From a virus (lineage: Duplodnaviria > Caudoviricetes), in IMG/VR virus record IMGVR_UViG_3300036783_000187, positions 1 to 37,564 of that record: DNA of 37,564 nucleotides. One strand, written 5' to 3'. The stretch's first letter is position 1, and each line of letters starts with the position of its first letter. Positions 1-7,897 of the stretch are shown one piece after another. Below the pieces are notes generated by a model. That model did not search any database. It was not told the DNA's origin and saw only the letters and a program-made list of their open reading frames with translations. A program made the position numbers and the translations under genes.

Positions 1-53
1 CATTCTTCCCCCGGCGGATCGAGACCGTCGAACTGCCGGCCGAGGACCAGTGA
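1..53 (+). CDS. 3' end of a gene truncated by the window edge
   Basis: Open frame ...FFPRRIETVELPAEDQ* ends at TGA 51-53, which overlaps the next ATG (TGATG). Confidence 0.5.
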   Translation, partial: FFPRRIETVELPAEDQ

Positions 54-256
54 TGGCCTGGGCACAGTGCCGGGAGTGCGGGCAGAAGGGTAACGAGCCG
101 CCGGGACTGCGGCTGGAGGAATACCCGAACCTTGAGGCCGTGTTCGCCGACAACACGGCCGTGCCGGTGCCGCAGAAAATGGTGTGCCAGAAGTGTGGAT
201 ACGCGGAAATGGTGCCGCGGGGCAGTGTCGAGATCAAAGGAAAAGGAAGCAAATGA
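53..256 (+). CDS. Small Zn-ribbon phage protein
   Basis: CRECG and CQKCG pairs; TGATG and ATGA couplings with neighbours. Confidence 0.75.
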   Translation: MAWAQCRECGQKGNEPPGLRLEEYPNLEAVFADNTAVPVPQKMVCQKCGYAEMVPRGSVEIKGKGSK

Positions 257-456
257 CCATCGGACCACTCGGCTACGGCCGCTACGACGACACGCCGGAG
301 TACATCGGTTGCCCGCGTGCTACTTCCGACATGACTCCGTGCATAGCCCGGGACGGCCATACAGCCCTGGCCGACGACGGGCTGTGCGTCGGCTGCTCTG
401 TCAATCCCGCCGACGCCTTGACCGAATTGGTCAAAGAGGTCACCAAGAACCTGTAA
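253..456 (+). CDS. Hypothetical Cys-containing phage protein
   Basis: AAGGAAG RBS and ATGA overlap; MTIGPLGYGRY...CVGC. Confidence 0.75.
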   Translation: MTIGPLGYGRYDDTPEYIGCPRATSDMTPCIARDGHTALADDGLCVGCSVNPADALTELVKEVTKNL

Positions 457-475
457 CCGAGAAGCATTGCGCCGG

Positions 476-505
476 TTGGGATTTCGGCATCGCAGTTGGT
501 ATGAT
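476..505 (+). promoter_or_regulatory. Putative sigma70/SigA-type promoter
   Basis: TTGGGA-18 nt-TATGAT with TG extended -10; intergenic; homologous to the promoter region at 9649-9685. Confidence 0.55.
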
Positions 506-508
506 GTA

Positions 509-565
509 TGTGTCGCCGACAGACGTGGGGCCCAACGGAGGGAACACCCACCAGGAAGCGATGCA
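509..565 (+). ncRNA. Candidate structured leader or small RNA 1
   Basis: Lies between promoter and terminator; TGTGTCGC (509-516) pairs with GCGATGCA (558-565), GTGGG (525-529) with CCCAC (547-551). Confidence 0.35.
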
Positions 566-572
566 GTGGTTC

Positions 573-605
573 GCCTTCGAGACACCCGTCTCGGGGGCTT
601 TTTTT
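573..605 (+). terminator. Intrinsic terminator
   Basis: GCCTTCGAGAC-accc-GTCTCGGGGGC followed by T7. Confidence 0.75.
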
Positions 606-630
606 GTGCCCGAAAACAGGAAAGGAAATT

Positions 631-1053
631 ATGACCACCGAGAACGAGACCCGGCTGCCGCTGGAATCCATCGTCACCATCGACGATCCCCGCTGTCCGG
701 GGCTGTACAAAGTCATGCGTCACTTGCCGAAGAACGTGGCACTGACGCCGGTCAACCCCGACGGCAGCTTCCGGCCCGGCCGACAGGCCCGGATGCCGCC
801 GTACCTGCTGCACCTGTACGACCCGGCCGCCGATTCGGTGCCGCCGATCCCGCCGTCGATCTTCATCATCGGCGAGGTCGTCACGGTCAGGGCCCAGATC
901 GGATTATGGGTCGTGATTGCCGACAAGATGGACAAGGTCAACGTCACCAGACTCGGCGGTGATCACAACCGCTACCTGCGGGTGCCGCCGGCGATGTTGA
1001 CCCGGATCCCGCTGTCCGAGATCCCGACGCGGTTCGCGGCGGTGTTTCAATGA
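631..1053 (+). CDS. Hypothetical protein with two tandem SH3/KOW-like repeats
   Basis: AAAGGA RBS; two internally similar halves (ESIVTIDD..GLYKV..RMPPYLL / GEVVTVR..GLWVV..RVPPAML). Confidence 0.75.
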   Translation: MTTENETRLPLESIVTIDDPRCPGLYKVMRHLPKNVALTPVNPDGSFRPGRQARMPPYLLHLYDPAADSVPPIPPSIFIIGEVVTVRAQIGLWVVIADKMDKVNVTRLGGDHNRYLRVPPAMLTRIPLSEIPTRFAAVFQ

Positions 1054-1364
1054 CCGGGCACCGACATGCCTTCGGGTATGTCATCGTGCAGCACTCGGGC
1101 TGTGGGTATGCCGGGAATCTGGGCTTCCAGCACGGATTGGAGCCCCGGATACTGAACACCCGGCAGGAGTACGAGCTGGTGCGCAGGGTCGGTGGGCTGA
1201 TCTTCGACAGCTGGGAGGACGCCGAGGCTTTCGTCGATCGCGAGCAGTACCCACCCGGCCTGCAGGGGGTGTACCCACTGGCGCCCGGTGGGTTCTCCGG
1301 CACCGAGATCGACGGCCTGCGGATCTACCTACCGCCGGCGGAAAGGATGCAGGCGCATGGATGA
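1050..1364 (+). CDS. Hypothetical phage protein
   Basis: ATGA overlap with the upstream gene; GC-rich third positions. Confidence 0.75.
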   Translation: MTGHRHAFGYVIVQHSGCGYAGNLGFQHGLEPRILNTRQEYELVRRVGGLIFDSWEDAEAFVDREQYPPGLQGVYPLAPGGFSGTEIDGLRIYLPPAERMQAHG

Positions 1365-2019
1365 GGTGCTCGATACCATCACCTACCGGGGCTACACGAT
1401 CGAAATCCTGGCCGATGACGATGCCCCGAACCCGTTCGTTGAACTCGAGGGTTCACCGATGCTGGTGCTGCACAAGAACGCCGAGCGGCACTTCGGCTGG
1501 TCCACCGACAAAGCGTGGGTGGACCGGCTGGAAGGCGCGTTGGAACAGATCTACCAGCGCGGCGTCACCAAGAACCTGCACGGTCCGCGCGGCGCGCTGG
1601 CGCTGGTCGCCCGCTGGCTGAAGGTGGCCCACGGCATGAAGGTGGTGCTGCCGGTCTCGGCGTTGGAGCACTCCGGGGTGATGGTCTACCTCGGGGACGC
1701 CGAGCACTGGACCGATCCGGGCGGCTGGGACTCCGGCTGGATCGGTTTGCTGATGTTGCCCGCCGAAACGGTGGACGACTGGGGGCTGGTCAATTCCACC
1801 GAAGCCTCTTTGATGGAGGGGGTGGTGGCCGCGTTTGCCGAGTTCAACGCCTGGGTCAGCGGGGATGTGCTGCGCTACCGGATCGTCGACCCGGACTGGA
1901 CCGTGATCAACGAGAACTCACAGGTCTACGGCATGGACCACTTCAACGAGCCCAACGGCTGGGCGCTGGTGGAGTGCAAGGGCGTGATCAACGACGAGAT
2001 CGCCGAACGCACCAAGTGA
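1357..2019 (+). CDS. Conserved phage/MGE protein of unknown function (HSG...WDSGxxG type)
   Basis: Motifs DDDAPNP, LPVSALEHSG, GWDSGWIG, FNAWVSGDV; AAAGGA upstream. Confidence 0.75.
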   Translation: MDEVLDTITYRGYTIEILADDDAPNPFVELEGSPMLVLHKNAERHFGWSTDKAWVDRLEGALEQIYQRGVTKNLHGPRGALALVARWLKVAHGMKVVLPVSALEHSGVMVYLGDAEHWTDPGGWDSGWIGLLMLPAETVDDWGLVNSTEASLMEGVVAAFAEFNAWVSGDVLRYRIVDPDWTVINENSQVYGMDHFNEPNGWALVECKGVINDEIAERTK

Positions 2020-2038
2020 TGGGGATTTTCGCACTACG

Positions 2039-2065
2039 GCCACACCCAGTCGGGTGTGGCTTTTT
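2039..2065 (+). terminator. Intrinsic terminator
   Basis: GCCACACCC-agtc-GGGTGTGGC-TTTTT. Confidence 0.8.
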
Positions 2066-2087
2066 CGTTTCAACGGAAGGATTTGCA

Positions 2088-2261
2088 ATGGATGCATTCG
2101 TAGCGGCCCTGGAAGCAGTACTGCCCGAGGACTGGTCGGTGCACGACCCGGAGATGGGCTCTAGCTGCCTGCTGGAATGCCCGCACGGCAACGTGATCGA
2201 ACAGGACGGTCACTGCCCCGAGGGGTGCGAGAGCCCGATGCTCACCCTCGGCCTGATATAA
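2088..2261 (+). CDS. Small Cys/His protein
   Basis: GGAAGG RBS; MDAFVAALE...CPHG...CPEGC. Confidence 0.7.
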   Translation: MDAFVAALEAVLPEDWSVHDPEMGSSCLLECPHGNVIEQDGHCPEGCESPMLTLGLI

Positions 2262-2295
2262 CCACTCAATTAAATCCGAAAAAGGAGCCCCAAAA

Positions 2296-2862
2296 ATGAT
2301 CAAGATCGAGACCGACGAACAGGCCAGGGCCGAACTAGTCCGGCTGAGCGAGCTGCAGGGCACCGACCTGGCCGTCGAGGTGCTGACACTGATCGAGGAC
2401 AACCAGCTGCGCTGGACGCAGGGCAGCTGGCGGTTGGAGATCAACGGTTACGAGAGCGCCGTCGAGGAGTATCACGACGACCCGCTGAACCCGGCGTGCA
2501 CCACCGCGTTCTGTTTCGCCGGCTGGGTGGGTGCGCTGCGCCTGGTCAAATGGGCGGCGGACGACGGCCGCTACCACCACCCGTCAACCGAGATCATCGG
2601 CGACCCGGACCTGTGCGACTGTCCCGGCAATGTCTGTGTCCAGGGCCGGCACTACATGAGCATCCAGGACTATGCCGCCCGGGTGCTCGACATCGACGAC
2701 CGGGCGGCCATCGCACTGTTCAACGGGGAGAACAGCCTGCTCGCACTGCGGGCCGGGGTCGATGCCATGATCCGCGGCGACAACCTGGTGGATGCCATCC
2801 ATACCGTCCATGACCGGGAGGCTGGGGATCTGGACTACGACGACGAGGAGGAATACGCCTAA
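2296..2862 (+). CDS. Conserved phage protein (WxQxxW...CxTxxCFAGW type)
   Basis: AAAGGAG RBS; WTQGSW and CTTAFCFAGW motifs. Confidence 0.8.
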   Translation: MIKIETDEQARAELVRLSELQGTDLAVEVLTLIEDNQLRWTQGSWRLEINGYESAVEEYHDDPLNPACTTAFCFAGWVGALRLVKWAADDGRYHHPSTEIIGDPDLCDCPGNVCVQGRHYMSIQDYAARVLDIDDRAAIALFNGENSLLALRAGVDAMIRGDNLVDAIHTVHDREAGDLDYDDEEEYA

Positions 2863-3059
2863 TGCCAGTCGGCCCCGGGATCTACGACCAGGAGGTCACC
2901 GACTTGATGGCCTCGACGCAGGCCAGCGCGATCATCCTGCACGTGTTCAACGGCAACCGGGGCAGCGGCTTCTCGGTGCAGGCCCGCGGCGACATCACCG
3001 CGGACCTGCCCGGGATCCTGCGGCAGGTGGCCGACCGGATCGAGGAGAGCCTTCAGTGA
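2862..3059 (+). CDS. Hypothetical phage protein
   Basis: TAATG overlap; GPGxYD...GSGFSVQ...LPxILRxVA. Confidence 0.75.
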   Translation: MPVGPGIYDQEVTDLMASTQASAIILHVFNGNRGSGFSVQARGDITADLPGILRQVADRIEESLQ

Positions 3060-3250
3060 GCGGACAGCACCGCCGCGACCAGTTGTGGGGAGAGCGAGAA
3101 GTGGTCGTGATACCCGGGAAGGACCCCAAGACCTTCTGGCGGATGCCCACCGACCTGAAGACCTGGACCGAGGACATGCGGTACGGCATGGGCCTGGTCG
3201 ACGGGCGCCTGGTGGCCTGGCAGGCCGAGCCACCGGGGCCAGTGCAATGA
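3056..3250 (+). CDS. Hypothetical protein
   Basis: GTGA and ATGA overlaps on both sides. Confidence 0.6.
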   Translation: MSGQHRRDQLWGEREVVVIPGKDPKTFWRMPTDLKTWTEDMRYGMGLVDGRLVAWQAEPPGPVQ

Positions 3251-3498
3251 CCAAGCCAGCCTGCTGGTCGTGCGGGTCGCCGAACGACGACTACACGGCG
3301 GCCAACGACGCACCGGGCCCGGACAGGCCGTTCGAGGGTGCGGTGGGGGTCTGCCTCTACTGCGCCGCGATCAGTATCTACACCGGGAACGATCTGGAAA
3401 TGCGAGCACCGACCCCGGCGGAGCTGGCCGAGGTCATGGCCGATCAACACATCGTGAAAGTTGTGCAGGCCATCCATGCGATGAACGCAAGCAAATGA
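3247..3498 (+). CDS. Zn-ribbon protein
   Basis: CWSCG...CLYC; ATGA overlap. Confidence 0.75.
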   Translation: MTKPACWSCGSPNDDYTAANDAPGPDRPFEGAVGVCLYCAAISIYTGNDLEMRAPTPAELAEVMADQHIVKVVQAIHAMNASK

Positions 3499-3504
3499 AA
3501 GAAG

Positions 3505-4086
3505 GTGAATCACGTTGTGACCGACTTCGAGGACATGAGCTTCGTGGAGATCGCCAAGTCGACGTTCGTGTCGAACGAGGGTTTTTTCCCGCCGACCATC
3601 ATGGCCTTCCGGGACGAACATCTGGAATTGATAGTGAGTGTCCCGGAAGGCCAGCGGGTGGACACCGTGGGCAAGCTGATGGCGCTGCTGCTGTCCGCGG
3701 ACAAATTGGTGACGATGAGCGACACCTACCACAGCGCCCTGGAAAAGAACCCGCTCACCGGCCAGGACTGGGAACCCGGTGACATGCAGGAGCTGGCCGA
3801 CAACGACGGCCGGGAGAAGGGCTGGGTGTCCGACGCGCTGGTGATCAGTGAGCACGAGCGGTTCGGCGCGGTCCAGGTGACCTGCCTGCCCTACAGTTCC
3901 GGGCCGCCGTTGCAATGGGGTGACCAGGTGCAGCTCAACAGCCGGGAGCACGGCATCAGTGGTGCCATGTCCGACCTGTTCAATCCGGATCCGCCACCGC
4001 CACCGATCGTGGACTCGATGCCACAGTCGCTGCGCGAGGCGATGTTGCATGCGGCATTGCGCCGGATGGGATGCCTGGTCGGGTGA
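3505..4086 (+). CDS. Hypothetical phage protein
   Basis: 193-aa ORF with high GC3, in operon context. Confidence 0.75.
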   Translation: MNHVVTDFEDMSFVEIAKSTFVSNEGFFPPTIMAFRDEHLELIVSVPEGQRVDTVGKLMALLLSADKLVTMSDTYHSALEKNPLTGQDWEPGDMQELADNDGREKGWVSDALVISEHERFGAVQVTCLPYSSGPPLQWGDQVQLNSREHGISGAMSDLFNPDPPPPPIVDSMPQSLREAMLHAALRRMGCLVG

Positions 4087-4098
4087 GAATCTCCAAGG

Positions 4099-4338
4099 GT
4101 GAATGATCGGCCCTCTTACCTGCGATGCGTCCGGTGCGGGACGCTCATCAGCTGGCATTTCGATGATCGCAAGCACTGGGTGGGGTGTCCCGAGGATGCC
4201 CTGATCGCGCCCAAACCCTGTGCGTACCAGGACTGCCGGGACACCGAGATCGAGAACATCCCGCTTCACCTGTGCGCCAAGCACGCGAAGATCAAGCCGC
4301 ATGTCACGCCGGGGCGAACAAGCCCCGTCAATCAATGA
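4099..4338 (+). CDS. Cys/His-rich small protein
   Basis: CVRCG, C..DC and LCAKH motifs. Confidence 0.6.
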   Translation: MNDRPSYLRCVRCGTLISWHFDDRKHWVGCPEDALIAPKPCAYQDCRDTEIENIPLHLCAKHAKIKPHVTPGRTSPVNQ

Positions 4339-4347
4339 GGAGCGAGT

Positions 4348-4479
4348 ATGAGTTTCACCGATTGGTTTTTCACCTGGCCGGTGATCGTGTTCGGCATCCT
4401 GGTGGTCTGTGCCGCCCGGATCGTCTTCGACCACCTGGTGGCCAGGGACAACCGAAGACAGTCCGATGAGATCCGATGA
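4348..4479 (+). CDS. 43-aa single-pass membrane protein (not in the ORF track)
   Basis: GAGGAG RBS; MSFTDWFFTWPVIVFGILVVCAARIVFDHLVARDNRRQSDEIR. Confidence 0.7.
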   Translation: MSFTDWFFTWPVIVFGILVVCAARIVFDHLVARDNRRQSDEIR

Positions 4480-4699
4480 CCACGACCTGCGCTCGTTCCC
4501 CCGGCCCGTCCGGGTAAAGGTCAGCGAGGTGGTCAGCCGGCATGGCCTGCGCTGGCGCATCCAGCACCGCAGCGGGGGCCATGTGTACCTGTATCCGGGC
4601 GACGGCACCCGCCCGTTCAAGATCAGTGCCAGCCGGGAGGCCGAGCAGTCGCTGGCCTATCTCGATGCCTGGTGCGCCACCAAGGGCTATCTGTCATAG
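4466..4699 (+). CDS. HicA-like (dsRBD-fold) protein
   Basis: About 77 aa; W-x(5)-GGH-VYLYP-x-DG-x2-PFKIS pattern resembles HicA mRNA interferases. Confidence 0.5.
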   Translation: MRSDDHDLRSFPRPVRVKVSEVVSRHGLRWRIQHRSGGHVYLYPGDGTRPFKISASREAEQSLAYLDAWCATKGYLS

Positions 4700-4718
4700 T
4701 CCTGCGATGTAATCCCGG

Positions 4719-4752
4719 ACGGGGCAGGAGGCGAGAGCTTCCTGCCCCGTTT
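4719..4752 (+). terminator. Strong hairpin, possible terminator with weak U-tract
   Basis: ACGGGGCAGGAGGC-gaga-GCTTCCTGCCCCGT; GNRA loop. Confidence 0.55.
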
Positions 4753-4778
4753 GCCGTCTCCGACAAGAAAGGAATTCC

Positions 4779-4976
4779 ATGCCCGACAAGCGACCGGAGG
4801 ACATGCACACCCGCGACATGGTGTGCCCGGCCTGTAACGCCCAGCCCGGCAAGCCGTGCACCCAGTCGACCAATAACAACCGGGTGCCGGTGCGCTGGTA
4901 TCACCTGGCCCGCATCGAGGCCTTGGCCGAACTGCGGTACCAGACCACTGACTCAACGAGGAAAGGAACCGAATGA
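4779..4976 (+). CDS. Phage zinc-finger protein
   Basis: CPACNAQPGKPC...HLAR motif; AAAGGA RBS. Confidence 0.75.
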   Translation: MPDKRPEDMHTRDMVCPACNAQPGKPCTQSTNNNRVPVRWYHLARIEALAELRYQTTDSTRKGTE

Positions 4977-5260
4977 CCGAGGACCCACCCGATCGCCAGT
5001 TCTCCAGATGGGCGGCGGAAACCAGCGGGCGCCCGCAGGCGATCTGCATCCACTGCGGCAAGAAGCCGAGCGAGCTAGAGGAGTATTCGGCGGACGCCAT
5101 TCTGGATCCGGACGAGGACCGTGAGGACTTCAGTCCCGATGACTATGTCTGGACACAGGAGGGCACGCTCAACAAGAGCAACGGCCACTTCCTCTGTACG
5201 CCGTGCTACATCAAGGTCGGCCAGCCCAGCAGTGCCACCGGGCGGTGGGTGGCCCCGTGA
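4973..5260 (+). CDS. Cys4 zinc-binding hypothetical protein
   Basis: CIHCG...EGTLN...HFLCTPCY; AAAGGA RBS. Confidence 0.8.
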   Translation: MTEDPPDRQFSRWAAETSGRPQAICIHCGKKPSELEEYSADAILDPDEDREDFSPDDYVWTQEGTLNKSNGHFLCTPCYIKVGQPSSATGRWVAP

Positions 5261-5454
5261 TCGAGCTCGACTTGACTGACGACGAAGAGCTGGCATTGAT
5301 GGTGCGGATCTATGTCGACCTGATCCACCGGCTCGGCAACGACGAGATGCACCAGCGGCTGAAGAAGGCACTGGACTCAGTGCCGGAGCGGGTGGAGGTA
5401 CTGCGGGCATCGGATGCATTGGCCGCCTTCAAGGAATCGGAGCGGATCAGATGA
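5257..5454 (+). CDS. Hypothetical helical protein
   Basis: GTGA and ATGA overlaps. Confidence 0.7.
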   Translation: MIELDLTDDEELALMVRIYVDLIHRLGNDEMHQRLKKALDSVPERVEVLRASDALAAFKESERIR

Positions 5455-5639
5455 TCACTCTCGAGGAGGCCCGGCTCTGCCTGGACCTGCGGGTGCTCTA
5501 TACCGCCGGCGAGGAGGCCGAGGTTGGGCACATCGTCCGGGTCACCGACCAGCACGTGCTCGTCCGCCTCGGCCGGGACACCGTGCCGAAGGCGGCCAAG
5601 CCGGAGGAGCTGGAGTTCATGCCGGGACGCCAGCCGTGA
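5451..5639 (+). CDS. Small SH3-like protein
   Basis: RVLY...EVGHIVRV...VLVRL...AAKPEEL pattern; ATGA overlap. Confidence 0.7.
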   Translation: MITLEEARLCLDLRVLYTAGEEAEVGHIVRVTDQHVLVRLGRDTVPKAAKPEELEFMPGRQP

Positions 5640-5917
5640 CCGGCGACGACGAGCAGATGATCGTGATGTTCTCCGGTGTCTCGGTCTTCACCGGGGAGGG
5701 TTTCGTCACCCTGCGCTGGGGCCCCGAGTCCGGGCAGCTGAGCCCGACCCAGTGCCGCCAGCATGCGCTGGCCCTGCTCGCCTGTGCCGATGCGGCCGAG
5801 TCCGATGCCGGAATCTGGGCAGTGATGCACAACGACATGGGGATGGATCCGGACGCCATCGGCACCTTCCTGACCCGGCTGCGGGAGAACCGCGGCAAGC
5901 CGGGCGGGGGCATGTGA
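5636..5917 (+). CDS. Hypothetical phage protein
   Basis: GTGA overlap; GFVTLRW..QLSP.QCRQHALALLACADAAESD. Confidence 0.75.
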   Translation: MTGDDEQMIVMFSGVSVFTGEGFVTLRWGPESGQLSPTQCRQHALALLACADAAESDAGIWAVMHNDMGMDPDAIGTFLTRLRENRGKPGGGM

Positions 5918-6102
5918 TGACCCGGATCAACGACTCCCTGCTCGTCCAGTACATCGACGACATCAATCCGGCCGACGACCGGGTGGTGTTCGCCGACGAC
6001 AGTACCGGCAGCGAATTCACCATCAACTTCGACGACGTGGCCAGGGTCCAGAGGACTCTGGCCTACTTCGTCGAACGCCACCAGGAGGCGATGCAGCGAT
6101 GA
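5917..6102 (+). CDS. Hypothetical protein
   Basis: TGATG overlap; high GC3. Confidence 0.7.
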   Translation: MTRINDSLLVQYIDDINPADDRVVFADDSTGSEFTINFDDVARVQRTLAYFVERHQEAMQR

Positions 6103-6377
6103 CGCAGGACAAACCGAAGATCGTCGGCAAGACCGAGGACCAGCTGTTCCAGTACGCCGTCGAGGCGGGCGAGCACTACGACATGGTCGTGATGGAGCCG
6201 ATCGACGACACCGACACCCGGACCAGCGGCTCCGTGCTGCGGGTGACGGCCCGGCTGTTCGCCCTGCAGCCCAGGAACAAGGGCCTATGGGAGGCCCTCG
6301 AGATCGCCGCACTGCGGCACGCCATGGCGGTTGCCAATCGCCTGGGCAAGGACGAACCGGAGGAAGAGAAGAAGTGA
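6099..6377 (+). CDS. Hypothetical protein
   Basis: ATGA overlap; 92-aa ORF. Confidence 0.75.
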   Translation: MTQDKPKIVGKTEDQLFQYAVEAGEHYDMVVMEPIDDTDTRTSGSVLRVTARLFALQPRNKGLWEALEIAALRHAMAVANRLGKDEPEEEKK

Positions 6378-6607
6378 CCCAGCGAGTACCGAGCACCTGT
6401 CCAAGATGCAAGGCAAAGACCTGGCGAGTGCCCTACGACCTCGGCGACGGGCCGGAGCTGCACTGCGCCGACTGCCAGTTCTGCTGGGGCCTGCACGGAC
6501 AGGAGCTCACCGCACGGCCGACCCGGCACATCCGCCGCGAGTTGGAGCACGTCCAGCGCATCACGGCCGTCGTGGTGCCACGAAGAGAGAGGGAACCAAG
6601 TGTCTGA
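6374..6607 (+). CDS. Zn-ribbon protein
   Basis: CPRC...CADC; GTGA overlap. Confidence 0.7.
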   Translation: MTQRVPSTCPRCKAKTWRVPYDLGDGPELHCADCQFCWGLHGQELTARPTRHIRRELEHVQRITAVVVPRREREPSV

Positions 6608-6628
6608 ATCGAAAAAGGTGAGGGTCGG

Positions 6629-7429
6629 ATGAACACCAAGCCGGTGCACACCTTCCTCATCAACGGCAGCGAGGGACTGCTGTCGGTGGTCCCGATGATC
6701 CTGGGCTTCCACCCCGCCGATTCGGTGGTGCTGGCCTGCATGCAGGGACCGAAGAATCAGCTCCGGCCGGTGATGCGGGTGGACATGACCGACTATTTCG
6801 AGGACCCGCAGGGCATGGCGGAGCAACTGGCCGAGGCCGCGCTCAAGCATTCCGAGTCCTGCGCGCTGATGTTCTACGGCATCACCGTCGACCCGTACAA
6901 CCTCGAGGACAAGCTGCGCGACTGCGGCCTGCCCGTGCTGAGCACGGTGTTCGCCCCGAACGATCCGCACGAGCTGCTCCTGGAACTCCAGGCCGAGGAG
7001 GTCGGCAAGGGCAAGGTCGTCGAGCCGAACCGGGCGGCACTGCAGGCCCGGGTGGAGTTCGACGCCGACAGCACGGAGCAGGCCGACGCGGCGGTCCTGC
7101 GGGCGATGGGCAACATCGTCCTGCGGGACAGGTTCATGATCACCAACATGACCCGGGCCGAGCAGGTCCTGCCCGCCCTGCTGCGGACCTGCCGCCGGGT
7201 CCCCGATCCGGCACCCGGCGCCGCGACCCCCGAGATCCTGATGGTCGCGGACCTGTGCGCCACCGCCGGCCTGTTCGCCTACCGCCTCGGCGACGGGGCA
7301 CTGGCCCACACCTGCCTGGACCGGGCACTGCGGATCAACGGGAACCACCGGATGACCCACCTGGTGCTGACCATGATCGCGAGCTCGCTCGACCCGGAGC
7401 AGCTCGACGACATAGTGGCGGTGCTGTGA
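6629..7429 (+). CDS. DUF4192-like protein
   Basis: N-terminal LLSVVPMILGFHPADSVVL...RVD and C-terminal AYRLGDGALAHTCLDRAL match the actinobacterial DUF4192 signature. Confidence 0.75.
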   Translation: MNTKPVHTFLINGSEGLLSVVPMILGFHPADSVVLACMQGPKNQLRPVMRVDMTDYFEDPQGMAEQLAEAALKHSESCALMFYGITVDPYNLEDKLRDCGLPVLSTVFAPNDPHELLLELQAEEVGKGKVVEPNRAALQARVEFDADSTEQADAAVLRAMGNIVLRDRFMITNMTRAEQVLPALLRTCRRVPDPAPGAATPEILMVADLCATAGLFAYRLGDGALAHTCLDRALRINGNHRMTHLVLTMIASSLDPEQLDDIVAVL

Positions 7430-7716
7430 CCACCGCGGTCGACGGGGTGCCCTGCGCCCTGTGCGACGAGAAGATCGGTGAGGGTGAGGAGAGCAGCCCG
7501 CTCAACAGCGGTGCGCTCCGGGCGCACCGGGAGTGCCTGCTGCGGGCCGGTATCGGCGGCATCGGGCACTTGCGGGACCACGCCTACTGGTGCGCGCTGA
7601 TGCACGACCCGGACGCAGGGTTGACCTACCGGGAGTCCGCGCTGCAGGTGGACCAATGGGTCGCCGACCACGGCGTCGCCGCTGCGGTCAATCAACCGAT
7701 TGCGCCCCGGCGTTGA
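7426..7716 (+). CDS. Cys/His zinc-binding protein
   Basis: CALCDE...HREC; GTGA overlap. Confidence 0.75.
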   Translation: MTTAVDGVPCALCDEKIGEGEESSPLNSGALRAHRECLLRAGIGGIGHLRDHAYWCALMHDPDAGLTYRESALQVDQWVADHGVAAAVNQPIAPRR

Positions 7717-7895
7717 CCACCGGCTGTCCCACCTGCCCGTTGTGCGGATCGGAACCGGCCACATTGGTCCGGCCCCACCGGCTGGGACTCTGCCCCAATC
7801 CGGAGTGCACGGTTCTGTTCTGGGACACGGCCAAGACCCTGGACGAGAACCTGATGGACGCCCAGCAATTGCATCTTCCACCGAGAAAGGACTGA
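7713..7895 (+). CDS. Zn-ribbon protein
   Basis: CPLCG...CPNPEC; TTGA overlap. Confidence 0.65.
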   Translation: MTTGCPTCPLCGSEPATLVRPHRLGLCPNPECTVLFWDTAKTLDENLMDAQQLHLPPRKD

Positions 7896-7897
7896 TC

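Noticed and set aside
2995-4620. Long antisense ORFs, e.g. 2995-4620 (-), 22736-24655 (+), 29387-31030 (+), 18546-20039 (+)
   Set aside because: Shadow frames of high-GC3 genes on the opposite strand; no RBS or recognisable motifs
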